64,000 bases of DNA from Ostreococcus lucimarinus (taxonomy: Eukaryota): assembly GCA_000092065.1 (NCBI GenBank), contig CP000594.1. One strand, given 5' to 3'. The notes beneath the pieces are model-generated. The model saw nothing but the letters and a program-made list of their open reading frames with translations. It searched no databases and was not told the origin of the DNA. Shown here piece after piece: positions 53,888 to 64,000 of the stretch (position 1 is the stretch's first letter; every line of letters starts with the position of its first letter). Both the position numbers and the translations under genes were made by a program.

Positions 53888-56425
53888 TCATTCTTCGCCC
53901 CACGCTTGGTCGGCACTGCCCGCGTTCTCTTGGTCTTGTTGCGCGGCGCCTCGCAAGTGAGGCGGAACCCATTTCACCTGGGACGAAGTCGGGCGATCTT
54001 GTTCGTTGGAGATATCGTTTGACGTGGACTTTGTGAACGCACTGTCCATCATGATCTTTCCGGGAGGCTTCGCCGGTGCGGGCGCCTTCTCGGGTTCGGG
54101 TTCGGGTTCGGGCGCACGCCCACCTCCCCTCTTCTTTTCGGCTTTTCGTTTCTCCGACAACAAGTTGCCGCCCGAAAACTCTTCGCGCAACTTGGCTTTG
54201 TAATCGTCGAACGATCCATTGAAAACTTGTACGCTTCCTGGGACCGGAGGATTGGATTTCATGTCGCCCTTCGTGACAATCCAAATTTCATCGACGACGA
54301 GCGAAATGAGACGCTCGTCGTGCGAGACTAACACGACGCCGCCTTCGAAGTTGTTGAGCGCCATGGCAAGTGACTCGATCGTTTCCAAGTCAAGATGGTT
54401 AGTAGGTTCATCCAAAAGGAGAATGTGAGGTTGCTTCCACGCGAGTTCGGCAAATGCTAGACGTGACTTTTGCCCGCCGGACAAAACTTTAATCGGCTTT
54501 GTCGCGAGCTCGCCAGACAGGCCGAATCGACCCAAGTACGCTCGCGCCGTCTCTATAGGCATTTCGCTGTCTAGTCTCTTCATGTGCGCTACGCAATCTT
54601 CCTCCAAGTTCATCGTCTCCAAGTGATGTTGAGAGAAACGCGCTAGCCGAAGCTTGGTGTGACGATTAATCCAACCTTTGGTGGGCAAAATGTCACCCTC
54701 GAGAAGCTTCAAAAACGTCGATTTACCAGCCCCGTTCGGTCCGACGATTGCGACTCGGCTATCCATGTCTAACCCAAAGTCTAAGTTTTGGTACAAGGTT
54801 TGATAGCCTTCGTAACCGAACGCGACGTTCATCACGGAGATGCACGGTGGCGGCAACGGCGACGCGGATGGGAAATTGATGCGTAGATACGGATCATCGT
54901 AATCCACGTCCACCCGCTCGCTCTGTAATTTTTCGAGCATCTTCATGCGACATTGTGCCTGACGCACCATTTTCTTGTGACCTTGCCCAAATCGCTGAAT
55001 GAATTGCTTCAGAGATGACTCTCGCAAACTTTGGTTTCGCTGCATCGCCTCCTCGTTGGCTCGGTGCTCAGCGCGCACCTTGAGGAAGGTATCGTAGGAT
55101 CCGCCGTAGTAGCGCAACTTTTTGTGGTGCAAGAAAATTGTTGCCGTCGTGCAATCGTTCAAAAAGCCGCGATCGTGCGACACGATGAGGACCGTCTTTT
55201 CCCACTTTCGTAAAAACTCTTCGAGCCACGTCAAAGCGTGCACGTCCAAGTGATTCGTCGGTTCGTCCAGCAACAACAAATCCGGCGTCATGAACAGCGC
55301 CGCCGCGAGCGCGATGCGCATGCGCCAACCACCGGAAAATTCTTTCGTCGCCTTCATTTGCTCCTCGGGATCGAAACCGAGACCGCCCAGAATTTGTCCC
55401 GCGCGCGCCGTCGCCGTGTCGGCGTCTATTTCGTCCAGGCGCTCGTACACCTCGTTCAAGTCGATGCCATCGATTTGATCGAGTTCTTCGTCCAACATTC
55501 GCTTCTCTAGATTGAGCAAGTACAGACGCTCGGTGTCGGTCTCCACGACGGTCTGCAACGCGGACCGCTCGTCCGGTGACGCCTCTTGCTCGACGTGAAT
55601 GATGTGCAAAAATTCTGGCAACTTGATGACGCGTTCGGAAATCGCTCGCAACAGCGTCGACTTGCCGCATCCATTTCGACCGACCAAACCGTACTTCGTC
55701 CCGAACACTAACTTCAAAACCCCTTCCTGAATCAACTCATCGCGTCCGCCGTAGAGCTGAATACCGCTGATGTGAATGTCCATGTTACAGTTGGCGCGAC
55801 GATTCGCATCCGGGCCGCTTCGAATGTGAAAGCCCAAATCCTCCGAGCTCAACCGCCCCCCGTTCGCCGCGATTCGCGCCTCCCGCTCCTTCCTCGCCCG
55901 CTCCTCCTTTTTCTTCCTCGCTTGTTCCTCTTGCTCTTGCTTCACGCTCAACATTTTCCTCGTCTTCGCCTTGCCTCGCACGACTTTTTCCTCCGGCAGC
56001 GTCTCGCCGTTCGCCACCCTCTCCCCGTTTTCCCTCGCTCGCTTCACCCTCGCCAGCATCACCCTGTACTGCTGACAGCACTCCATCGCGTCTCGTCCAT
56101 CGACGTGCGTCGCGATCGCCTCCCACCTCTCCTCATCGCTCGTCGCCGCGTCCCTCGCCGCCGACGTCCCTCGCGCTCGCAAGCCCTCCACGAGCGCCAG
56201 GTCCTCCGCCTCGTCCCACGCCCCACCGCGTCGCGCGTCCTCGCGCGTCCGTCCCTCGTCCCGCGTCTCGCCCGCGTCGCCCGCGTCCTCGCGCGCCTCC
56301 GCGCGCGTCGCCTTGGCCGCGTCGCGCGCCGCGCGCTTCGCCGCGAGCGCCGCGCGCTTCGCCTCCTTCTCTCGATTCTTCTGTTCGAGCGCTTCGAGTC
56401 GCTCGCGCTCCTTCCGCGTGCTCAT
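53888..56425 (-). CDS. ABC-F family ATPase (GCN20/ABCF1/EF3-like) with two ABC cassettes and no TM domains
   Basis: Two Walker A motifs ('GRNGCGKSTLL', 'GPNGAGKSTFL') and two signature/Walker B blocks ('LSGGQKSRLAFA...LLLDEPTNHLD'). The N-terminus is Lys/Glu/Ala-rich, typical of ABCF. Confidence 0.85.
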   Translation of the reverse strand: MSTRKERERLEALEQKNREKEAKRAALAAKRAARDAAKATRAEAREDAGDAGETRDEGRTREDARRGGAWDEAEDLALVEGLRARGTSAARDAATSDEERWEAIATHVDGRDAMECCQQYRVMLARVKRARENGERVANGETLPEEKVVRGKAKTRKMLSVKQEQEEQARKKKEERARKEREARIAANGGRLSSEDLGFHIRSGPDANRRANCNMDIHISGIQLYGGRDELIQEGVLKLVFGTKYGLVGRNGCGKSTLLRAISERVIKLPEFLHIIHVEQEASPDERSALQTVVETDTERLYLLNLEKRMLDEELDQIDGIDLNEVYERLDEIDADTATARAGQILGGLGFDPEEQMKATKEFSGGWRMRIALAAALFMTPDLLLLDEPTNHLDVHALTWLEEFLRKWEKTVLIVSHDRGFLNDCTTATIFLHHKKLRYYGGSYDTFLKVRAEHRANEEAMQRNQSLRESSLKQFIQRFGQGHKKMVRQAQCRMKMLEKLQSERVDVDYDDPYLRINFPSASPLPPPCISVMNVAFGYEGYQTLYQNLDFGLDMDSRVAIVGPNGAGKSTFLKLLEGDILPTKGWINRHTKLRLARFSQHHLETMNLEEDCVAHMKRLDSEMPIETARAYLGRFGLSGELATKPIKVLSGGQKSRLAFAELAWKQPHILLLDEPTNHLDLETIESLAMALNNFEGGVVLVSHDERLISLVVDEIWIVTKGDMKSNPPVPGSVQVFNGSFDDYKAKLREEFSGGNLLSEKRKAEKKRGGGRAPEPEPEPEKAPAPAKPPGKIMMDSAFTKSTSNDISNEQDRPTSSQVKWVPPHLRGAAQQDQENAGSADQAWGEE

Positions 56426-56563
56426 GCCGTCGTCGAGCGCCGCGCGTTTCGCGTAACGTCGCGTCGCGCGTCCTCGCTCGACGTCGCGATCGCGCGCCGC
56501 GCCGCGCCACGCGCCGACGAGTGCGCGCGACGACGACGTCTCGAGCGATTCGCAATCCGCACC

Positions 56564-57031
56564 ATGACGCGCGTCGTGCGCGGCGTGCGCCTGCGCGCCG
56601 CCTTCGTCGCGCCCGACGTCGACGCCGACGTCCTCGACGCGTCGAGCGATCTCGCGCGGCGCTTCCGGCGACGCCGCGACGCGACGCGCGACGCGCGGTC
56701 GTCGACGCCGTCGCTCTTTTCGTCGTCGACCGACGCCGACGCGCGCGCGATCGCGACGTCGAGCGACGCGCGCGACGCGCGCGACGACGACGCGGTCGAA
56801 CGCAGGGAGGCGGCGATCGCGACGACGCGGGTCTCGAACGCGTGCGATCGCGCGACGGCGGCGCTGGCGGTGGATTTAAGGATCGATCCGACGCGCGTCG
56901 GCGATTTCGCGCGCGGGTTGGAGGAGATGGCGCGGATGGGGTTCGTCGACGACGGGACGTGCGCGGGCGCGCTGGTGCGGTGCGGCATGGACGTCGCGCG
57001 CGCGGTGGAGACGGTGCTCGCGTCGCGGTGA
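56564..57031 (+). CDS. Small UBA/CUE-like domain protein (tentative)
   Basis: The C-terminal 'DFARGLEEMARMGFVDDGTCAGALVRCGMDVARAVETVL' fits the UBA pattern (MGF, Gly, AL, VE.AV..L). The N-terminal ~110 aa are low-complexity Arg/Asp/Ala. The start is taken at the Met at 56564 within the longer GC-artefact ORF from 55772. Confidence 0.3.
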   Translation: MTRVVRGVRLRAAFVAPDVDADVLDASSDLARRFRRRRDATRDARSSTPSLFSSSTDADARAIATSSDARDARDDDAVERREAAIATTRVSNACDRATAALAVDLRIDPTRVGDFARGLEEMARMGFVDDGTCAGALVRCGMDVARAVETVLASR

Positions 57032-57185
57032 CGCGCGAACGCGGAGACGGTGACGCGCGCGCGACGATCAGGCATTCGTCATTCGTTGTAACGCACTCGT
57101 AACGAACTCGACATCGCGCGACGCGCGGGCGACGCGCGGGCGACGGCGACGGTGGACGACGACGCGGATCGACGCGCGACGGTCG

Positions 57186-60143
57186 ATGGACTTCGTCGCG
57201 CGCGCGCGGGCGAGGGAGACGCCGCGCGGAGGAGGACAGGAGGCGACGACGTCGGCGACGTCGGGAAGGGAGATTTTGCTGCGCGAGGCGAGGGACGCGA
57301 GAGACGCGCGGCGGTGGGCGCGCGAGCGCGCGAGCGCGGCGGTGCGGTGTCAACGCGCGCGTCGGAGGCACGTGGCGCGACGGGAGGCGACGCGGCGGGA
57401 GATCGAGGCGTTGGACGCGGTGATTGAGAGAATGGCGAGGGAGGCGAACGCGAACGCGAACGCGAACGCGAAGGCGACCGTCGCGTTTTTCGACGTCGCG
57501 ATCGCGATCTTGCGCAGGAGGGGAAGTTTTAAGGAAATGGGACTCGAACGTGCGTTCCGAGCGTACGCGCTGGCGCTGAAGTGGGTGGAGGGATTGCGAA
57601 TGGGATACGACGCCGGGACGCTCGAGGCGCTCGCGACGAACGCGTTGGCGACGGCGAGCGACGAAGACGCGAGGGCGCGTTTACCGGCACTCGTGGCGTG
57701 TGCGGTGAAATTCGCGTGCGGATTGTGTGATGCGGATGAAAATTTGGCGGCGCGCGTGCACGGTGCGGTGTGTGAGGCGTTGACGGTGGTGTTGGAGGCG
57801 GACGGGTTCGAGCATCGCGCCGTCGTGGCGCGAGCGCTCGCGCCGTCGGCGTTTGCGCCGTTGACGAGCGGTGGTGACGACGCGTCGTTCAGCGCGCTCG
57901 CTGTGCGTTTGCTCGGCATACCGCAGTTGCGAACAAATCTACCTGCCGATGCCGTGCGCATTCTGGAAGAGCCGAAAACGTTGACGCGCGTGCTCCGCGC
58001 GTGTTCGGCGAGACGCAATCGAGGCGCCGAGTGCGCGATTGAAAACGTTCTCGCGTTGATGTGCAAAGGCAGTAAGGGAGGCGAAAACGTTCGAGCTTTC
58101 GCGGAAGCGGATGATGATAACAGTGTCACGGCATTGCGCGCGCTCGCAGAGTTGTCCGCGAGCGCGCGAGCGCAATCAGCGAATTGGCACAGTCGACTGT
58201 CAAGCGAAAGTCGATTTCGAGCGAGCGCGACGAACGCGATGAGCGAGACGTGGTTTTTGGCGAGCTTAGTCGGCGGAAACGACGGGTGCATCGCATCGCC
58301 CGATAAAGCAGCCGAAGTGGCGTCGCTTTACGCCGAGTTGTCGCGCGCGAATAAAGATGGAGTGTATTCGGCGTGCGCTTTTTCACCTGGCTACTTGCAC
58401 TCGCTGTGGAACCATCTCGCGCGAGCGTTGTCGCTGCCAAGCAAAGTCTCAGACTCTGATCGTGCGTCGTGGGTCGCCTCGACGTTCGCGCACCGAGGCA
58501 TATTAGATTTATCACACTCCGAGCTGGAGAGATTTGGTTATTTCTGCTCGGCGTACACGTACCTTCTCGTCGTTTTGCGAGACAAGCAATTCTTTGAAGA
58601 GCAAAAGCCGTTCTCGCTGGACGAGCAGCGAGCCATAGCGGTGGCTGTGAACACTTTGATTGTTCGCTCGCATGCGTCGAATCAAGTACACTTAATCACA
58701 GAAGATATGAAGCGGTCTATAAATGCCGCGAGTGAGTTACTTCACGCGCTCACCACGCGCGATGCGCGACGCGCCTTTGCGCCGAAGGAATTGTGGCTTG
58801 CGCCGAATTCCATGGAGCTCGAGCCAGCAGTCGCCGCGTCGGCTTTGCAATCACAAATCGACGGCGGCGCGCCGACACAAATCACGGGTTTGCTGAACGA
58901 TTGTCCACATGCTTTGTCCTTCGACGAACGAGTGAAGATATTTCGTGAACTCATCAAGGCCGACAGACTCAAGGCTGGATATAGACCACAAGCCGGCGGT
59001 GCGGACGCGGCGCACGGCGATACATTTGCGCGGCCGGTGGCGCAGGTGACACTGCGACGCGAGAGCGTACTAGAGGATACGCTCACGTCAGTTTTACCTC
59101 TCGGTGCGAAAGCTCGAGGACGCATACTCGTGAAATTCGTCAACGCTGCGGGTCAAGAAGAGGCTGGCATTGACGCCGGAGGTTTATTCAAAGAGCTCCT
59201 CAGTCAAGTCACCGAACAAGGCCTCGACCCGAACCGCGGGTTGTTTCAGTCCAACGCCACTGGACTGATTTATCCGAGCCCTCGCGCAGGAGACACGCAC
59301 GAAGGGATATTGCTTCTTGAGATGATTGGAATGATGATCGGAAAGGGAATGTACGAAGGTATTTTGCAGGACATAAACATGGCACCATTCTTCGCGGCGC
59401 ACGTTTTGGGAACAGCGCGAACGATTGACGACATTCCCAGCCTTGATGAAGATCTGGCGCGATCGATCGTACAAATATTAGAATATGAAGGTGATGTCGC
59501 CGATCTGTGTTTAGACTTCACTTGCAGCGAAGAGATTTATGGCGAGCTTGTGACCAGAGAACTCGTCGCCGGCGGGAGAGACGTTGAAGTGACGGCGGCG
59601 AACAAATTATTCTACGTCTTCTCACTAGCAGATTACCACTTGAATCGACGCATTGCGACGCCAATGCTCGCTTTCATGCGAGGTCTAACGAAAATCATCA
59701 ATCAACGCTGGCTCAGGCTGTTCAATGTGACAGAGTTGAGTCTACTTCTCAGCGGCGGTGAATCCGCGATAGACGTCGACGATTGGGAGCTCCACACAAG
59801 ATACTCGGGTGGATATTCGTCCTCGAGCGCGACGGTGCGCAACTTTTGGCGCGTGATGCGAAAATTTACCCCAAAACAGCGCCAAGACGTCTTAAAATTC
59901 GTTACGTCGTCACCAAGACCACCGCTCCAAGGATTCAAGCACCTCAATCCGCCCTTTGTCATTCACAAAGTTCGCTGTGAGGCTTCGATGTTCGCCTACT
60001 TCGGCGCTACCGACGTGCGTCGCCTTCCCAGCGCCAGCACGTGTTTCAATATGCTCAAGCTTCCAAATTACCGCCGCGCGTCGACGCTGGAAAAATCCGT
60101 GTCGTACGCCTCGCAATCTCGAGCCGGTTTCGAGCTTAGTTAA
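57186..60143 (+). CDS. HECT-domain E3 ubiquitin ligase, Hul5/UBE3C-like, with an N-terminal IQ-like motif
   Basis: C-terminal HECT domain: 'GIDAGGLFKELL', and the catalytic Cys context 'SASTCFNMLKLPNYRRASTLEKSVSYA'. N-terminal 'AAVRCQRARRRHVARREATRR' is IQ-like. Confidence 0.8.
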   Translation: MDFVARARARETPRGGGQEATTSATSGREILLREARDARDARRWARERASAAVRCQRARRRHVARREATRREIEALDAVIERMAREANANANANAKATVAFFDVAIAILRRRGSFKEMGLERAFRAYALALKWVEGLRMGYDAGTLEALATNALATASDEDARARLPALVACAVKFACGLCDADENLAARVHGAVCEALTVVLEADGFEHRAVVARALAPSAFAPLTSGGDDASFSALAVRLLGIPQLRTNLPADAVRILEEPKTLTRVLRACSARRNRGAECAIENVLALMCKGSKGGENVRAFAEADDDNSVTALRALAELSASARAQSANWHSRLSSESRFRASATNAMSETWFLASLVGGNDGCIASPDKAAEVASLYAELSRANKDGVYSACAFSPGYLHSLWNHLARALSLPSKVSDSDRASWVASTFAHRGILDLSHSELERFGYFCSAYTYLLVVLRDKQFFEEQKPFSLDEQRAIAVAVNTLIVRSHASNQVHLITEDMKRSINAASELLHALTTRDARRAFAPKELWLAPNSMELEPAVAASALQSQIDGGAPTQITGLLNDCPHALSFDERVKIFRELIKADRLKAGYRPQAGGADAAHGDTFARPVAQVTLRRESVLEDTLTSVLPLGAKARGRILVKFVNAAGQEEAGIDAGGLFKELLSQVTEQGLDPNRGLFQSNATGLIYPSPRAGDTHEGILLLEMIGMMIGKGMYEGILQDINMAPFFAAHVLGTARTIDDIPSLDEDLARSIVQILEYEGDVADLCLDFTCSEEIYGELVTRELVAGGRDVEVTAANKLFYVFSLADYHLNRRIATPMLAFMRGLTKIINQRWLRLFNVTELSLLLSGGESAIDVDDWELHTRYSGGYSSSSATVRNFWRVMRKFTPKQRQDVLKFVTSSPRPPLQGFKHLNPPFVIHKVRCEASMFAYFGATDVRRLPSASTCFNMLKLPNYRRASTLEKSVSYASQSRAGFELS

Positions 60144-60205
60144 ACGTAGCCGCTTGTAGCAAGCTCGAGCGCACGAGCCAAACCACACACATCGCCGCTC
60201 GCGCG

Positions 60206-60535
60206 ATGCCCAAACGCCGCGGTAAATCCGGTCGTAAACACGACGGTCCGACGCTCCCCGGCGTGCTGTTCCGCCAGCTCGACGGTTTCGACGACGGCGG
60301 CACCGACGGTGTCCCGACCAAAAAGCGCACCGACCCGAAACTCGACCGAAAGGCGCGCCGAAACGCCGCCAAGGCGGAAGCGGCGAAGAAACGCCAGGCG
60401 AGCGCGAAGTGGAAGGCTGACGGCGCGGCGCGGCGCCGAGAATCGCGGCAGACGAGCGACGACAAACGCACGGTGGCGACGAACGCGCACGCCGGCGGCG
60501 GCTCGAAGATTTCCGTCGACGACGACGATGGACGC

Positions 60536-60572
<37 letters not shown>

Positions 60573-62617
60573 AAAGAGATAGAGCTGAAAAGAAACGTGC
60601 GGTCAATACGTCGGAGGCCGCGGTGAAGCGGGTCAAGACGGTGAAGGAGTCGAAGACGACCATGCGCGCTTCGATGCGAGAGGCGTATGAGCGGGACGAG
60701 GCGAACGCGAGACGGTTGGAGAAGAAGCTGAAGGGAAGGAAAGGACCGGACGATGGGTTGGATTCTTTGTTCGAGGGATTGCCCGGTATGGACTTTTTGG
60801 AGGAGGAATACGGCGAGGATGATGAAGAGGCAGAGGGGAGCGAAGACGATGAAGAGGGCGAGGACGACGAGAGCGATGAGAGCGATGAGAGCGATGACGA
60901 AGAGGAAGAAGAGAGCGGAGACGAAGATTTGGGCGACGAGGACGCTGAAAACGAGATACAAGGGCATGAAACAAAAATGTCTGATCCGACGGCGAACACG
61001 GGGAAGTATATACCGCCGGCACAACGTGCATTGATGGCGGCCGCCGCGGGGAAATCGCCCGGCTTTGAGCAGTGCGCGAGGCAAATCAGAGGTTTGATGA
61101 ATAGAATGGGCGAGGCGAACGTGGCCGGCATCGTCAACGATGTCTCAGATTTAGCGCAAAAGTATCCTCGCTTGGAAGTGTGCGACGCAGCGACGAAAGA
61201 AATCATGGTTGCCCTCACCGAGGGGCCTCGCGCGAGCGACCAATACTCCGCCGCCATCGCGGGCTTCGTCGCCGGCATTGCGGGCTCCATCGGGCCTGAA
61301 GCTGGCGCGCGCTTCGGCTCGGCCATTTGCGTAAGATTAGAACAAGAGCAAATGGATGGAAAGGCGAGATCATGTAGCAACATAGTGAACGTTCTCGCGA
61401 GATTGTACACGTGCGGGCTGTTTCCGTCGGCGTGTTGTTACGGTTTTCTAGTCACCTTGGCCAAGAGTTTGAGTGAGCTCGACTCTACGCTCATGCTCAC
61501 CTTGCTTCGCATCGCAGGGAACCGCTTGCGTTCAGAAGATCCAGTGGGGATGAAAGAGTTCATCTTGGCTTTGCAAGCACGCGTGGCTGAGTTACAGAAG
61601 GAGCGCGGCGACGGCGAAGACGGCGGCCAACTCTCAAAGCGCGCACGCTTGATGCTCGAGATGGTCATCGATTTGAAAAACAACAAGAAGCGAGACAGCG
61701 CACAAGATGTCGGTAAAGATCAGTGGGGCTTCCCTGTCGCGCTCAGCAAGTGGTTGCGGGGGACAAACGTGGGCGAGGCTACCGTGGCGCTTCGCGCATT
61801 GACGTACGAAAAGCTCATCAAAACTGAGAGTCAGAAAGGCCAGTGGTGGTTACCCGACGCCGCAGGAACTGCAGAGTGGTTCGCGGCGCGTGCAGCGCAA
61901 GGTGCGATCACCGAACAAGCTGGGAAGACACGCGAGGGTGGTGAGTTGCTTCAACTTGCGAAGAAGATGCGAATGAACACAGAAACGCGTCGAGCCATTT
62001 TTTGCGTCGTCATGGGCGCAGATGATTTTGCCGATGCTCTCGAGCGTTTACTGCGCTTACCACTCGCTGACAAGCAAGATCGTGAAATTCCTCGCGTTCT
62101 GCTCGAGTGCTGTCTTCAAGAAAAGGCGTACAATCCGTACTACGAGGTTCTCGCCAGCAAATTGTGCGAGCGTCAGCGCTCGCATCGGCTGACGTTTCAG
62201 CTCTGCATTTGGGATCAGCTCAAAGAGATCGACGATCCGTCATCTTCGGTCAGACGCATATCGAACATGGCGCGATTTTTTGCCGGATTGGTGCTTTCAG
62301 GTGCGCTCGCACCGACTGCGCTCAAGGCTTTGGAATTCGGCGTCGACATCGCGCCGCGCGTCGCGCTCCATCACAAGCTCTTCCTCCAAACTGTCCTAGA
62401 CGATCGCTCGCGAACGTCTGCCGCAGATAGCCTCTTCCAAAGGATTGCTGTCCACCCAGAACTCATGTCCGCCAAGGCTGGCTTCTTACGACTTCTTCGT
62501 GATCCTGCGTCGCTGGCCGCCGTCGCCGTCGGCGGCTCGAGCGATCCTAAAGCCGCCGCCAAGCGGCTCGCTGCGCGCGCCGGTGCGGCGCGCAACCTCC
62601 TCGGTGGCGTCTCGTGA
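60206..62617 (+). CDS. NOM1/Sgd1-like nucleolar MIF4G plus MA3 domain protein
   Basis: The N-terminal region is basic with acidic stretches. The MIF4G-like block is 'VNVLARLYTCGLFPSACCYGFLVTLAKSL'. The MA3-like block is 'ETRRAIFCVVMGADDFADALERLLRL...EIPRVLLECCLQEKAYNPYYEVLASKLCE'. A (GAC)n tract at 60527–60580 encodes poly-Thr. Confidence 0.65.
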
Positions 62618-62764
62618 TGATAGCACTATTTAGTAATTCACATTCCTAGCGAAATATACACATCCTCGGCGAATGCATCGGCACCGAAGTCGTCCGAATC
62701 CGTCGCGACGGCGCGACTTCGATGCTAACCCTCGTCGCTCGACCACTCTGGCGCTCGCGCGACG

Positions 62765-63772
62765 ATGTCGTCGTCGTCCGTCGCGACTCGATGCGCGCGC
62801 CTCGCACGAGCGATGGTCACGCCGCTCATCGAACGCCCCGCGCGCGCGCTATCGTCCTCGTGCGCGCACGCCGACGCGGCGGCGCGCGACGTCGCGACGA
62901 TCGCCGGCGGCTCGACCGCGAGTTCGACCGCGAATCCAGCGCGCGCACGACGCGAACGCGCGAGCGGCGCGCGCGCGAGCGCGACTGGGATGTTTGTGCG
63001 CGAGTACGCGGCGCGTGGGCGGACGTTCGCGTCGACGTCGGGGTCGGGAGACGAGGGCGAAGGCGCCGAAGGCGACGCGAGTGAAGCCGCCGCGAGCGAA
63101 AGCGTGACGGAGGAGAAAACGATGACCACGGAGAGCGCTGAGGATGGTGGGTGGGTGTTCGGGATAAAAAACCAGCGAAGACCGACCAGGAGGGATAAAG
63201 GGTCGTACGATGGATTCTTGACGGAGATGGATTCGTATCCCACGCGTCACGACGTTCGGGACGTGTACAACGCTCGAGAGTGGGTGGAGGCGAGTCTGGA
63301 AGAGAGCTGCGCGCGAGCGGAGGAACTCATCGATAAGATGATGCGTGGTGTGAGAGAGGGCGAAGAGTTGGCGGCGAAGTACGCCGATGTGTTCCCGAAG
63401 ACGCTCGGTGAAGAAGTCGATCCGGAAGCGGTGTTGACGTGGACGAGCGAATTCATCATGGAGCCGGGAGACGAGCAGGAGCACCCGCTCAACTGGAAGG
63501 TTTCGATGGAAGTGAACCTGAGCGAGTTACAGCGCGTCACTGGTTTAAGCGATGAGGCTATCGAGTACATCAAGCTGTTGGTGGACAAGAGGTACAACGC
63601 GAAGCAAGACGTATTGCGGATTGTGTGCCGAAGAAACGCCAATCGCGAGCACAACAGACAGTGGTGCTTAAAGGTGCTGTACGATTTAATTCAAGAAGGC
63701 AATAGAGAGTACCCTAGCGACTCTTATCAGTTTACTGGGAATTTAGGAGGCGACAACGCGGGCGAGGCGTAA
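62765..63772 (+). CDS. Hypothetical protein, possibly organelle-targeted
   Basis: 335-aa ORF. It has an Arg/Ala/Ser-rich N-terminus and a conserved-looking C-terminal half ('DKGSYDGFLTEMDSYPTRHDVRDVYNAREWVEASLEE...'). No family assigned. Confidence 0.3.
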   Translation: MSSSSVATRCARLARAMVTPLIERPARALSSSCAHADAAARDVATIAGGSTASSTANPARARRERASGARASATGMFVREYAARGRTFASTSGSGDEGEGAEGDASEAAASESVTEEKTMTTESAEDGGWVFGIKNQRRPTRRDKGSYDGFLTEMDSYPTRHDVRDVYNAREWVEASLEESCARAEELIDKMMRGVREGEELAAKYADVFPKTLGEEVDPEAVLTWTSEFIMEPGDEQEHPLNWKVSMEVNLSELQRVTGLSDEAIEYIKLLVDKRYNAKQDVLRIVCRRNANREHNRQWCLKVLYDLIQEGNREYPSDSYQFTGNLGGDNAGEA

Positions 63773-63891
63773 ACTCACTTTTATTAATATCATCGGAGCG
63801 CCGATTTTAGAAAATAATTCTTGGTTTGTTTTATTGACACCGTACACTTGTTCGCGATCTACCCGACCAGCGAATGAATGAATGGAAGCGT

Positions 63892-64000
63892 TTACTTCTT
63901 CGATTCATCCGCATACTTGCCCTTCATGACCCCGTACAAGCCCGCACCGACGATGGCGATGGCGGAACCGACCAGCGTTTGCGTGGAAATCTTGTTTCCG
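63892..64000 (-). CDS. Partial C-terminus of a drug/metabolite-transporter superfamily protein (TPT/nucleotide-sugar-transporter-like). The gene continues beyond the window.
   Basis: The minus-strand translation ends '...GNKISTQTLVGSAIAIVGAGLYGVMKGKYADESKK*', matching the conserved last TM helix of plastidic phosphate translocators and NSTs. Confidence 0.45.
   Translation of the reverse strand, partial: GNKISTQTLVGSAIAIVGAGLYGVMKGKYADESKK

Noticed and set aside
55772-57371. Long overlapping Arg/Ala/Pro-rich ORFs in several frames in the GC-rich domain, for example 55772..57031 upstream part, 56133..57371, 56422..57075, 60136..61410, 60140..61084, 51885..52763 and 62725..63243
   Set aside because: These are typical open frames in >70% GC DNA, antisense or out-of-frame to well-supported genes (ABCF, HECT, NOM1-like, carrier). 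They have no motifs and extreme low complexity.

Overview
This window reads as eukaryotic nuclear DNA, probably from a GC-rich, intron-poor unicellular alga or protist. Ferritin with a transit-peptide-like extension, an ABCF ATPase, a mitochondrial carrier, a HECT E3 ligase, a NOM1-like MIF4G/MA3 protein and telo-box-like AAACCCTAA motifs all point that way. Roughly 1–51 kb is visibly AT-richer (about 50% GC by eye). It holds three giant uninterrupted ORFs for cell-surface adhesin- or lectin-like proteins of about 2077, 5156 and 2137 aa. Two of them carry long arrays of the DUF285 (BspA/Mycoplasma-lipoprotein-like) repeat 'FNQxIGxWNTSxVTDMxxMF'. A dispersed regulatory-looking repeat module also sits upstream of several genes. 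From about 51 kb onward the sequence switches abruptly to very high GC with tightly packed single-exon housekeeping genes. These are an RbfA-like protein, a mitochondrial carrier, ABCF, a UBA-like protein, an Hul5/UBE3C-like HECT ligase, a NOM1/Sgd1-like protein and a partial DMT transporter. The most unusual content is a roughly 3.7-kb repeat unit present three times: a truncated, rearranged copy at 1.7–5.7 kb and two near-identical copies at 15.2–18.6 kb and 43.4–47.1 kb. Each unit encodes a 736-aa Prim-Pol (archaeo-eukaryotic primase) fused to a D5-like superfamily-3 helicase, plus a 165-aa GIY-YIG nuclease. Each also has conserved termini and an internal inverted repeat around an AT-rich spacer. 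It looks like a compact, possibly self-replicating mobile element family. Separately, a metallothionein-like/ferritin divergent gene pair is bracketed by 150-bp direct repeats. No rRNA, tRNA or CRISPR features could be supported by eye. All start and end positions are ORF-based, and spliced structures cannot be excluded.
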